Positions 30,656 through 37,601 of a DNA stretch of 37,601 nt are shown here, piece after piece. Location: IMG/VR virus record IMGVR_UViG_3300044998_000961; one strand, written 5' to 3'. Every line of letters begins with the position of its first letter. The stretch's first letter is position 1. This stretch comes from a virus. The notes beneath the pieces are model-generated. The model saw only the letters and a list, made by a program, of their open reading frames with translations, ran no database searches and was not told the DNA's origin. Position numbers and translations under genes: made by a program.

Positions 30656-31852
30656 ATGCTGATGGAGATAATTATGAGTCTATCAACCTATCAAAAATCG
30701 ATGTTTCCGTATTTCGGTGGCAAATCCTTGGCAGCGCCGCTTGTCTGGTCATTGCTTGGCGATCCTGCGCACTATGTTGAGCCTTTTTTTGGCAGCGGCG
30801 CGGTGCTGCTGTTTCGCCCGCATCCAGCAAATAGATCGAATTTTTCTGAAACGGTCAATGATTTCGACGGATTTATCGCCAATTTTTGGCGAGCTATGCA
30901 ATATGATGCGCAAGCTACCGTCGAATTTGCTTCGTGGCCGGTCGTCGAGGCTGAGCTGCACGCGCGGCATATTGCTATTATCCAATGGATGCGCGACGGC
31001 AATGCGGAACGGTTGGCTGGCGATGTGCAATATTATGATGCGCGGATTGCAGGGTATTGGTTGTACGGAATTTGCGCCTGGATCGGCTCTGGTTGGGGCC
31101 ACGAGCAGAGCGGCCCCTGGTGGCCTGATGCTGACGGTCGTCTGGTCAAGCGTTCGGGCAATTCAGGCGTGACTCGAAAACTACCACATGTGAGCGCCGA
31201 TGGTCAGGGCGTGCATCACTGCAAGGCACGTGAGCCAGGAGTGACTCGACAACTACCACGTGTGGGCGCCGATGGTCAGGGCGTCCATCACTGCAAGGCA
31301 CGTGAGCCAGGCGTGACGCGAAAACTACCACATCAGGATGAGGATTTAGCTGATATCATCGAGGCTGATTACGCGGCCTCAGACGAATACCATCCTATGA
31401 CGATGCCCGAAATTCGCCGGTGGGCCCATTGGCTCCAAGCGCGTATGCGTCATGTGCGCGTGGCGAACGGTGATTGGCAGCGGATTTGTAGCTCCAGCGT
31501 ATTGCGCCCAATGCCTAGGGGAGGCAAGCCCCATGTGTCGGGCATCTTCCTTGATCCGCCGTATAAACACAGCGAGAGATCAGCGCAATTGTATCGAGAG
31601 GATCAAGACATTGCATCTGACGTACGCGAATGGTGCCTACAAAATGGCAACAATTCTCAATATCGGATAGTGCTGGCGGGGTTCGCCGGCGAGGGACACG
31701 AAATATTAGAAAAAAATGGCTGGAGCGTGTATGAATGGTACGAACACCAATTGTTCAGGAGCGGCTATGGGCACCAGCAGCATCGAGAACGTCTGTGGGC
31801 GTCGCCGCATTGCTTGCTTCCAATGTTGCCGCTGGATGCGCTCTGGGAATAA
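30656..31852 (+). CDS. Dam-like (D12 class) N6-adenine DNA methyltransferase with an internal tandem repeat
   Basis: Motifs are FPYFGGK, YVEPFFGSGAV (AdoMet motif) and IFLDPPYKHS (DPPY catalytic motif). The likely start is ATG 30674, with GGAG 6 nt upstream. Lower GC than its surroundings. Confidence 0.8.
   Translation: MLMEIIMSLSTYQKSMFPYFGGKSLAAPLVWSLLGDPAHYVEPFFGSGAVLLFRPHPANRSNFSETVNDFDGFIANFWRAMQYDAQATVEFASWPVVEAELHARHIAIIQWMRDGNAERLAGDVQYYDARIAGYWLYGICAWIGSGWGHEQSGPWWPDADGRLVKRSGNSGVTRKLPHVSADGQGVHHCKAREPGVTRQLPRVGADGQGVHHCKAREPGVTRKLPHQDEDLADIIEADYAASDEYHPMTMPEIRRWAHWLQARMRHVRVANGDWQRICSSSVLRPMPRGGKPHVSGIFLDPPYKHSERSAQLYREDQDIASDVREWCLQNGNNSQYRIVLAGFAGEGHEILEKNGWSVYEWYEHQLFRSGYGHQQHRERLWASPHCLLPMLPLDALWE
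31166..31333 (+). repeat. In-frame 72-bp tandem repeat, 2.3 copies, inside the Dam-like gene
   Basis: Units start at 31166, 31238 and 31310 (partial). They encode GVTRKLPHVSADGQGVHHCKAREP, then GVTRQLPRVGADGQGVHHCKAREP, then GVTRKLPH. Confidence 0.9.
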
Positions 31853-31898
31853 TGCAATGCCCGCTGCATTATTCTCGTGGTGGCCGACGAGGGCACCA

Positions 31899-32010
31899 CG
31901 AGATCGCGCGGATCGTGCAGGAGGCAATTGCGCGATCCGCGCCGGAAGCGTCGTCATCATCGCCCACATCCTCTCAGGGATGTGGGCGCGTTTTTTCATC
32001 GCTGACGCGC
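31899..32010. repeat. RHH 3'-end / terminator module, copy 4 (remnant) just downstream of the Dam-like gene
   Basis: cgagatcgcgcggatcg...ccgcgccggaagcgtcgtcatcatcgcccacatcctctcagggatgtgggcg...catcgctgacgcgc. Confidence 0.85.
31961..31997 (+). terminator. Intrinsic terminator after the Dam-like gene
   Basis: cgcccacatcc-tctcag-ggatgtgggcg followed by cgttttttc. Confidence 0.8.
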
Positions 32011-32121
32011 AAAGGATCATCCCTGATCGCCGGACTCCACCCCAGAGCGATCAGGGATACCCTACTATAGTGCGAATGTCAAACGCCATCCAGATCAGCG
32101 TTTGACTCGTATGCCATACTG

Positions 32122-32163
32122 AACAAACAGACTCCACCCTGTTATGGGAGGAGTCTGTTTGTT
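32122..32163 (+). promoter_or_regulatory. 14-bp stem-loop whose 3' arm contains the RBS of the 32164 ORF
   Basis: aacaaacagactcc-(14 nt)-ggagtctgtttgtt ends at the base before ATG 32164. Confidence 0.5.
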
Positions 32164-32517
32164 ATGGGAGCAATCGACCCTATCCCCGTTGTCGATCCAT
32201 CAATGGCCTACCGCGAGGCGCTCACCGCCTACGGGGCCATGGTCGATGAGTTGCGCGGTGCGCTGGGGGCTATCGATTTGCCCGACGATCAGCACCTTCG
32301 CCTAACGTCTGCGCTCTCGGCGGTTTTTTCCGCTCGGGCCATGCTCGACCGGGAGCAATACAAGCGCATGGAAGCGCTTATCGTCAATGAGCAGCTCGAA
32401 ATGGCCCGGATGGTTGATTCCGTCATCGCCCGTATCGGCGAGATCGAGCATGAGCAAGCGACTCATGTGAAAAAGCTCGATCAGATCATTGATCTGTTGG
32501 TTGGCAGGAGAAAATGA
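32164..32517 (+). CDS. Hypothetical helical protein
   Basis: 117 aa. ATGA overlap with the next ORF. Confidence 0.5.
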   Translation: MGAIDPIPVVDPSMAYREALTAYGAMVDELRGALGAIDLPDDQHLRLTSALSAVFSARAMLDREQYKRMEALIVNEQLEMARMVDSVIARIGEIEHEQATHVKKLDQIIDLLVGRRK

Positions 32518-32888
32518 CGGAAACATCTATCGAGCAGAATAGCGGGCCGGTGGTCTCGGGCACCGTGAGCGGCGCTGCCAGCATCGGCGGAACGGTCGTT
32601 ATCAACATGCCCCCACCATGCCCGCCGCCGCCGCCCGAGACCGCATCGAATGGCGAGCGAATTCGATTCATTACGGCGGCCGTCTTGGCCATACAAGCCG
32701 ATTTTGTCAATCTTCGGGCATTGGTCGATGCCGATCGCAAAGATCGCCAAACGCGCCAAGCACAGGCCGATCGCTACCGCGCAATCCAAAACATGATGAT
32801 TGTGGCGTTGATGGTGCTGCTGTCGATTTTGCTGATCGTGGTTTTGTGGTGGATCTCTTATTTCAACGATCGGTTTGGATGGTTGTAG
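32514..32888 (+). CDS. Hypothetical protein with a C-terminal transmembrane anchor
   Basis: 124 aa. It has a PPPCPPPPP tract, and MMIVALMVLLSILLIVVLWWISYF near the C-terminus. Confidence 0.5.
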   Translation: MTETSIEQNSGPVVSGTVSGAASIGGTVVINMPPPCPPPPPETASNGERIRFITAAVLAIQADFVNLRALVDADRKDRQTRQAQADRYRAIQNMMIVALMVLLSILLIVVLWWISYFNDRFGWL

Positions 32889-32945
32889 CGGGTGGCTGCG
32901 CGGCTGCGCAGCGCCCATGAACCCTGAAAGTTGGAGAAAGTTTGC

Positions 32946-33440
32946 ATGGCGCGGCCAAAGCTCAATGCCGACCAACGCATCCAGGTGATTGAGTGGCTCG
33001 CCGCTGGCTATGCGGGCGATCTTATTCGGCATTGGAGCAAGGAGCGGGGATGGCCAGAAATCAGCGATCAGGCGCTCAACTATTATCGCAAACGTCTGAG
33101 CAAGCCCATCGAAGCAGCCCGCAAGGCTCGCTTTGCGGCCGCGCTGAACACGGGACTCGCGCTGCGGGCCGAACGGGTGGCTCGCCTGGCCGCCCATGCC
33201 GATCGGCTTGAGATCATCAAATGGGAAGCGGACGAGAACGGGCGATTATGGAATGAGAAAGCATGGCGCGAAACGCTCGACGATATCGCCCGCGAGACCG
33301 GCGGCCGCCGTGCGGGAGTCTCCGTGAGCCTAGAGTCAGAGCTGGAGTCTTTTCTTGACCGAGTCCGCGAACAATTCGACCCGGATACCTACGCCCGGAT
33401 CGTTGCTCTCGCAGCTGGCAGCGCGACGGATTCAGCGTGA
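32946..33440 (+). CDS. terS: Terminase small subunit
   Basis: ATG 32946 has a ggagaaag RBS. The N-terminus looks like an HTH (ADQRIQVIEWLAAGYAGDLIRHW). It lies immediately upstream of the large terminase. Confidence 0.6.
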   Translation: MARPKLNADQRIQVIEWLAAGYAGDLIRHWSKERGWPEISDQALNYYRKRLSKPIEAARKARFAAALNTGLALRAERVARLAAHADRLEIIKWEADENGRLWNEKAWRETLDDIARETGGRRAGVSVSLESELESFLDRVREQFDPDTYARIVALAAGSATDSA

Positions 33441-33468
33441 TCCCGAGCTTGCGTCGCGCATCCGAGCA

Positions 33469-34896
33469 ATGAGCCCCAGCGCCCCAGCCGGGGCCGCGAT
33501 CCGTTGGTCGCCATTTGTTGGGCCGCAAACCATGGCCTTGCATAGCGAGGCCGATATTATCGGCTACGGCGGGGCCGCTGGAGGCGGCAAAACGGATCTG
33601 CTGATCGGGGCGGCACTGCTCATGCATTATCGGTCGATCATCTTTCGCCGCCAAGCCGAGCAGCTGCGCGATATTATCGAGCGTTCCAAAGAGATCATCG
33701 GATCGTCCGGGCGATTGAATGAGAATTATAAAATCTGGCGCGATCTGCCTGGCGGCCGCCGACTTGAATTTGGCGGGATGAAAAATGAGCACGACGTGAA
33801 TCGCTATCGCGGGCGAGCGCACGATCTCAAGGCGTTTGATGAGCTCACCGAATTTAGCGAAATGCAATTCAGAACGATTATTGCATGGAATCGTTCCGCT
33901 GAGGGGCATCGATGCCGCACGATCGCGGCGTTCAACCCGCCGACTTCGCAGTATGGCATGTGGGTGATCAAGTTTTTCGGCCCGTGGATCGACCCAGCCT
34001 ATAAAGGCGTCCGGGCGAAGCCCGGCGAACTGCGCTATTTCGCCATGGTCGACGGCAAAGAGATTGAGCGGCCCGGCCCGGACGCGTTTGAACACGGCGG
34101 GCGAATTATCCAACCAAAAAGCCGTACGTTCATCCCCGCGCGACTCGAGGATAATCCGGCCCTGCTGGCGAGCGGCTATGCGGCGACTCTTGATGCGCTG
34201 CCCGAGCCGCTCGCCACGGCGCTGCGTACGGGATCGTTTATCATGGCGCACGGGGCCGATCCCTGGGCCGTCATCCCCAGGGCCTGGGCTGAAGCGGCCC
34301 GGCGGCGAGGGATCGAGCGGGGCAATCCCACGGGGCCGATCTCCATGCTGGGAGTCGACGTTGCTCGGGGCGGCGACGACGAAACGGTGATTGCCCGGCG
34401 TCGCGGGACGGCCTTCGATCCGCTGCTGGTATGGCCTGGCAAAGAAACGCCGGATGGGCCGAGCGTGGCAACGCTGGTCATCCAGCAAATGGAGTCTCCC
34501 GAAGATCCGATCACGGTCGACGGGATCGGCGTAGGGGGGAGCGTGGTCGATCAGCTGGCCGCGATCGACGGCATCCGGATAACGGCGGCGATCGCGAGCA
34601 TGCGCAGCGATCCTACGGCCCGCGATCGGCGCGGCATGCTCAGCTTCAAAAATGATCGGGCGATGTGGTGGTGGCGTTTCCGTGAGGCGCTTGATCCGAA
34701 TCACGGCGATGAGATTGCCTTGCCCGATGACGACGCCTTGATCGAAGAGCTCTGCGCACCGCGATTCATGGTGCGATCGGGGACGATCCAGATCGAGGAA
34801 AAAGACGACATCAAAATGCGCTTGGGGCGCTCGCCGAATCGTGCAGATGCGCTGCTCTTAGCGCATCAAGAGAGCGCATCATTGATGCTATGGTGA
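33469..34896 (+). CDS. terL: Terminase large subunit
   Basis: Walker A is GYGGAAGGGKTD, Walker B is LKAFDELTEF, and the nuclease-domain motif is GVDVARGGDDETVIA. The start is uncertain because the ORF opens at 33355. Confidence 0.9.
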   Translation: MSPSAPAGAAIRWSPFVGPQTMALHSEADIIGYGGAAGGGKTDLLIGAALLMHYRSIIFRRQAEQLRDIIERSKEIIGSSGRLNENYKIWRDLPGGRRLEFGGMKNEHDVNRYRGRAHDLKAFDELTEFSEMQFRTIIAWNRSAEGHRCRTIAAFNPPTSQYGMWVIKFFGPWIDPAYKGVRAKPGELRYFAMVDGKEIERPGPDAFEHGGRIIQPKSRTFIPARLEDNPALLASGYAATLDALPEPLATALRTGSFIMAHGADPWAVIPRAWAEAARRRGIERGNPTGPISMLGVDVARGGDDETVIARRRGTAFDPLLVWPGKETPDGPSVATLVIQQMESPEDPITVDGIGVGGSVVDQLAAIDGIRITAAIASMRSDPTARDRRGMLSFKNDRAMWWWRFREALDPNHGDEIALPDDDALIEELCAPRFMVRSGTIQIEEKDDIKMRLGRSPNRADALLLAHQESASLMLW

Positions 34897-34901
34897 GGGA
34901 T

Positions 34902-37004
34902 ATGCTGAATAGCCCTGGCCCGATGAAAGCCATCCCCGTCGACCAATATCCCGAGGAATCATGGTGGGTTTTGGGGGGCCAAACGGGCATGCCCGATGGG
35001 GCGCTTTCGCCGCATTTGGCCTATAGCAAGGTCGGATTGTTGTATCGCGCCGTCGACATTCGGGCGAAAGCCGTATCGGCCTTTCCCTTGACGATCGAAC
35101 GCAATGGGCGCGATGTGACGAAGGACGACGAGACGCTGGCCTTCCGGCATGATCTTCGCCGGGCGCTTTGGCTCACCGAGGCGTCATTGTGTTTGTACGG
35201 CGCTTCCTACGCCTTGGCCCTCCACAACGGCCTGAAATGGCTGCAGCCGCAGACCATCACCCCCAACTATGATCCGAACGCTGCCGACGGGATCGCCGGA
35301 TGGACTCGCCGAGTCAACGGCAAAGAGATCCGCATCAAGCCGAAAGACATTACCTATACATGGCTGCCCAATTTGGCCGAAGAGATCGGCCCGGGCATTG
35401 CTCCTGCCGTCCCAGCGCTGGCCGCTGCAGGGGTGCTCCACAATCTTGATCGCTATTTGGCTGGCTATTTCGAGCGGGGCGCGATTCGGGCAACGCTGTT
35501 GATCGTCGAGGGCCAGCCGAGCAAAGACGAAAAGGAAAAACTTGAAAAATGGTGGAAGCGGATGCTGTCGGGAGTCAAAAAGGCCTACGAAACCGTGGCG
35601 CTACGATCGAACGTGAAGCCAGTGGTGATCGGCGATGGGCTGCAAGAAACGACGAATAAGGAACTGACCGATCAGCAACGCGAGGGTATTCTCATCCCCA
35701 TGGGGGTGCCGATTTCGATCGTGCTCTCGAATGCGTCGACGTTCGCGACCGCACAACAGGATTCGCTCAATTTCTACGATCTGACCGTATGCCCTCAGAT
35801 CGAGTTAATCGCCGAGTCGTTTGAACCATGGTTTCAAAAAACGGGGTATCGGGTGATTTTCCATCCGGAGCGGCTTGATGTGTACGTGGATCGACTGCTC
35901 CGCAAAGCCGATGCGCTGAGCAAAATCAGCGGCCCTCAGCCATTGCTTGATCGCGACGAGTCGCGGCGCATGCTGAATCTGCCGCCGTGGGCCGACGTCG
36001 CACCGCCCGAGCCACCGGCCCGGGCAGCATTGCCCGATCCGCCACGGAATTCGAACGCCCCCCAGGGCGAGGCGATCGACCAAACCAATACGCCAAGCAA
36101 CCCCCAGCCAACCAATACAAGCCCATCCGCCAAGCAACCCCCAGCCCCCAGCAAGGCGTACGATCTCGACCTGGCCCGATGGGAGAAAAAGGCCGCCAAG
36201 CGGATCGCCGCCGGGCGCTCGCCGGGGCCGTTTCAGAGCGATTCGATCCCCGTGGGCTTGCAGGCCGAAATCCGCTCCCTCCTCGATCAGGCCGAAGGGG
36301 CCGCCGATGTGGGCGCGATCTTCCGGGCAATCCATCGCGGCCCGGGGCAGGATCTGAGCGCAACGGAGCAATGGTTGTATGACGCGCTGGTCGCATTGTT
36401 TGCCCGATTCGAATCGGCGATCGTCGATCAGATTATCAGCGGGGGAGCGGTCGACCTCGCGCAGCTAGACTCGGCCATGCGGGACAAAATGACTGAGGCG
36501 ATGATCAACGTCATCATTGACAAGTTGATCGCGCTCCCCGCGACTCTCGATCTGCCAGCGGTCGACCCGGTGCAATTGCGGTTCGAGCCGATGGCCCTAT
36601 GGGCCGATCAATATATCGACCCCGTCATCGGAGGCATCCAACAAACCAATCGGCAATTGGTCGAGTCCGCCGTGCAGCTCTATCGCGCCACACCGGGCAT
36701 GACGCGAGCTCATGTCGAGGCGATGATCGCCGCACGATTTGGCGCGGCTCGGGCCGATATGATCGCGGTAACAGAGATCACGCGGGCGCAAAGCCTGGCA
36801 ACCCGCTACTATCAGGAGTATCTCCGCCGGGCCGGGATCACCATGGTACGTGTTTGGCGAACAAACCGCGATGATCTCGTGTGCGCCGTTTGTGGCCCGC
36901 TCAATGGCAAGCCCGAGTCCGCATGGGCCGATCGCTATCCGAACGGCGCCCCGGCCCATGCCGGGTGCCGCTGTTCGCAAACGCTTCAGCTGGAGTCCGA
37001 ATAA
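34902..37004 (+). CDS. Portal protein fused to a MuF / SPP1 gp7-like head morphogenesis domain
   Basis: It follows terL. The N-terminal 370 aa or so are portal-like. A P/N/Q-rich linker leads to a C-terminal domain with ITRAQSLATRYY...VWRTNRDDLVCAVCGPLNGK...HAGCRCS, the MuF signature. An alternative ATG lies at 34890. Confidence 0.75.
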   Translation: MLNSPGPMKAIPVDQYPEESWWVLGGQTGMPDGALSPHLAYSKVGLLYRAVDIRAKAVSAFPLTIERNGRDVTKDDETLAFRHDLRRALWLTEASLCLYGASYALALHNGLKWLQPQTITPNYDPNAADGIAGWTRRVNGKEIRIKPKDITYTWLPNLAEEIGPGIAPAVPALAAAGVLHNLDRYLAGYFERGAIRATLLIVEGQPSKDEKEKLEKWWKRMLSGVKKAYETVALRSNVKPVVIGDGLQETTNKELTDQQREGILIPMGVPISIVLSNASTFATAQQDSLNFYDLTVCPQIELIAESFEPWFQKTGYRVIFHPERLDVYVDRLLRKADALSKISGPQPLLDRDESRRMLNLPPWADVAPPEPPARAALPDPPRNSNAPQGEAIDQTNTPSNPQPTNTSPSAKQPPAPSKAYDLDLARWEKKAAKRIAAGRSPGPFQSDSIPVGLQAEIRSLLDQAEGAADVGAIFRAIHRGPGQDLSATEQWLYDALVALFARFESAIVDQIISGGAVDLAQLDSAMRDKMTEAMINVIIDKLIALPATLDLPAVDPVQLRFEPMALWADQYIDPVIGGIQQTNRQLVESAVQLYRATPGMTRAHVEAMIAARFGAARADMIAVTEITRAQSLATRYYQEYLRRAGITMVRVWRTNRDDLVCAVCGPLNGKPESAWADRYPNGAPAHAGCRCSQTLQLESE

Positions 37005-37477
37005 TGGATCACAATTGCCGAGAGATTGCCGACAAGCTCGCCCGCGATATCGATCCCACGCTCAGCGCGGCCATGATGGGCTTCGTTGAGCTCATCCGCG
37101 ATAAGCTTGCCCGCTATCCGGCGGCCAGCGAGGCCAATGCCCCCCGAGCGGTTCGGGGCCGAGTGGTGTGGTACGAGCGAGGCTATGGGCCGCGTTGGAT
37201 TCGCAAGCGTGATGGGAGTATCGGCGGGGCAAAAACCAGTGAGACTCTTGGGCGCAGTTGGTCGACGACGCCGCAACCGCTCGGGGCCATCCTGGCCAGT
37301 TCGGCTAGCTATTGCGGAGCGGTGCATCGCGATCCAACATCGCCCCGAAGGCCAAAGCAGGCACGATTCCACGCAGCGCGAGGATGGATTACCGATCGCG
37401 AGGCCGTCAGTCGGGTGCTCAAGGGGCAATATCTCCAAAAGATCCTCGGGCAAGTGGTAGCGCGGATTGTGGGATAG
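37004..37477 (+). CDS. Hypothetical head-module protein
   Basis: TAATG overlap with the portal stop. 157 aa. It ends where the terminal repeat begins, and the protease gene follows across the circular junction. Confidence 0.45.
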   Translation: MDHNCREIADKLARDIDPTLSAAMMGFVELIRDKLARYPAASEANAPRAVRGRVVWYERGYGPRWIRKRDGSIGGAKTSETLGRSWSTTPQPLGAILASSASYCGAVHRDPTSPRRPKQARFHAARGWITDREAVSRVLKGQYLQKILGQVVARIVG

Positions 37478-37601
37478 CAATGCCCAAAAGCCGCTCAGTT
37501 GACATGCTAGCTAAACTACGCTGAGGAGATCGACATGGCCAAGAATGTACCGGCAATCAAGGCCGGGCGCCGGAATAGCGCCCTGGATCAAGAGCGCATC
37601 A
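37475..37601. repeat. Terminal direct repeat, right copy (identical to 1-127)
   Basis: Same as the left copy. It starts at the TAG stop of the 37004..37477 ORF. Confidence 0.95.

Larger units (their letters stand above)
1..37474. mobile_element. Complete tailed-phage genome. Siphovirus-type: tape measure plus G/GT chaperones, no sheath gene. Closed by the 127-bp end overlap.
   Basis: Portal, protease, HK97-type capsid, connector, tail tube, chaperone frameshift, tape measure, tail tip and fibre, replication genes, sigma factor, methyltransferases and terminase are each present once. The two window ends overlap. Confidence 0.9.

Noticed and set aside
30551-32010. Dam-like gene with flanking repeats as an insertion sequence or transposon
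   Set aside because: The flanking repeats are direct, not inverted. They are remnants of the RHH gene plus terminator. No transposase is present. It is better explained as a moron exchanged by homologous recombination.
32514-32888. Calling this C-terminally anchored protein (or 13557-14129) a holin
   Set aside because: There is only a single hydrophobic segment and position-free evidence. No adjacent endolysin supports a lysis cassette.
33217-34704. 495-aa minus-strand ORF
   Set aside because: It is entirely antisense to the terminase large subunit, which has Walker A/B and nuclease motifs. It is a low-complexity R/P/G-rich translation.

Overview
The window is one complete tailed-phage genome. 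Bases 1-127 are identical to 37475-37601, so the unit genome is 37474 bp, closed as a circle or by an assembly overlap. It is GC-rich by eye and has strong GGAGG-type ribosome binding sites. All family names below come from motif recognition and gene order only, because no database search was possible.

Gene order:
- Plus strand, 61-13459: prohead protease, HK97-type major capsid, connector proteins, tail tube, G/GT chaperone pair with a canonical -1 slippery site, tape measure, a tail-tip protein with Asp-box (BNR) repeats, and a tail fibre. Two paralogous glycosyltransferase-like genes are interleaved in this structural module.
- Minus strand, 19937 down to 13557: a tightly coupled early operon. 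It encodes an Xis-type HTH protein, a sigma-70 family sigma factor, an MT-A70 methyltransferase, a replication initiator with iterons inside its own gene, a DnaC/DnaI-like loader, a DUF1064-like protein and three membrane proteins.
- 20.0-23.2 kb: small plus-strand genes driven from consensus sigma-70 promoters.
- 23.2-32.0 kb: an accessory arm built from repeated modules.
- 30.6-31.9 kb: a Dam-like methyltransferase.
- 32.9-37.5 kb: small and large terminase, a portal-MuF fusion, and one more ORF that wraps to the protease.

The accessory arm is the most unusual part:
- It holds six paralogs, plus one truncated copy, of a protein family I do not recognise.
- Four copies of a consensus promoter plus structured leader drive these paralogs.
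- Every paralog carries a palindrome at the same codon.
- At eight loci (seven repeated elements plus the in-gene palindrome), the spacer between short inverted repeats is reverse-complemented between copies.
- There is a small acidic-protein plus RHH operon, and an atypical tRNA-Gly(ACC).

I could not recognise an integrase, endolysin or CRISPR array.
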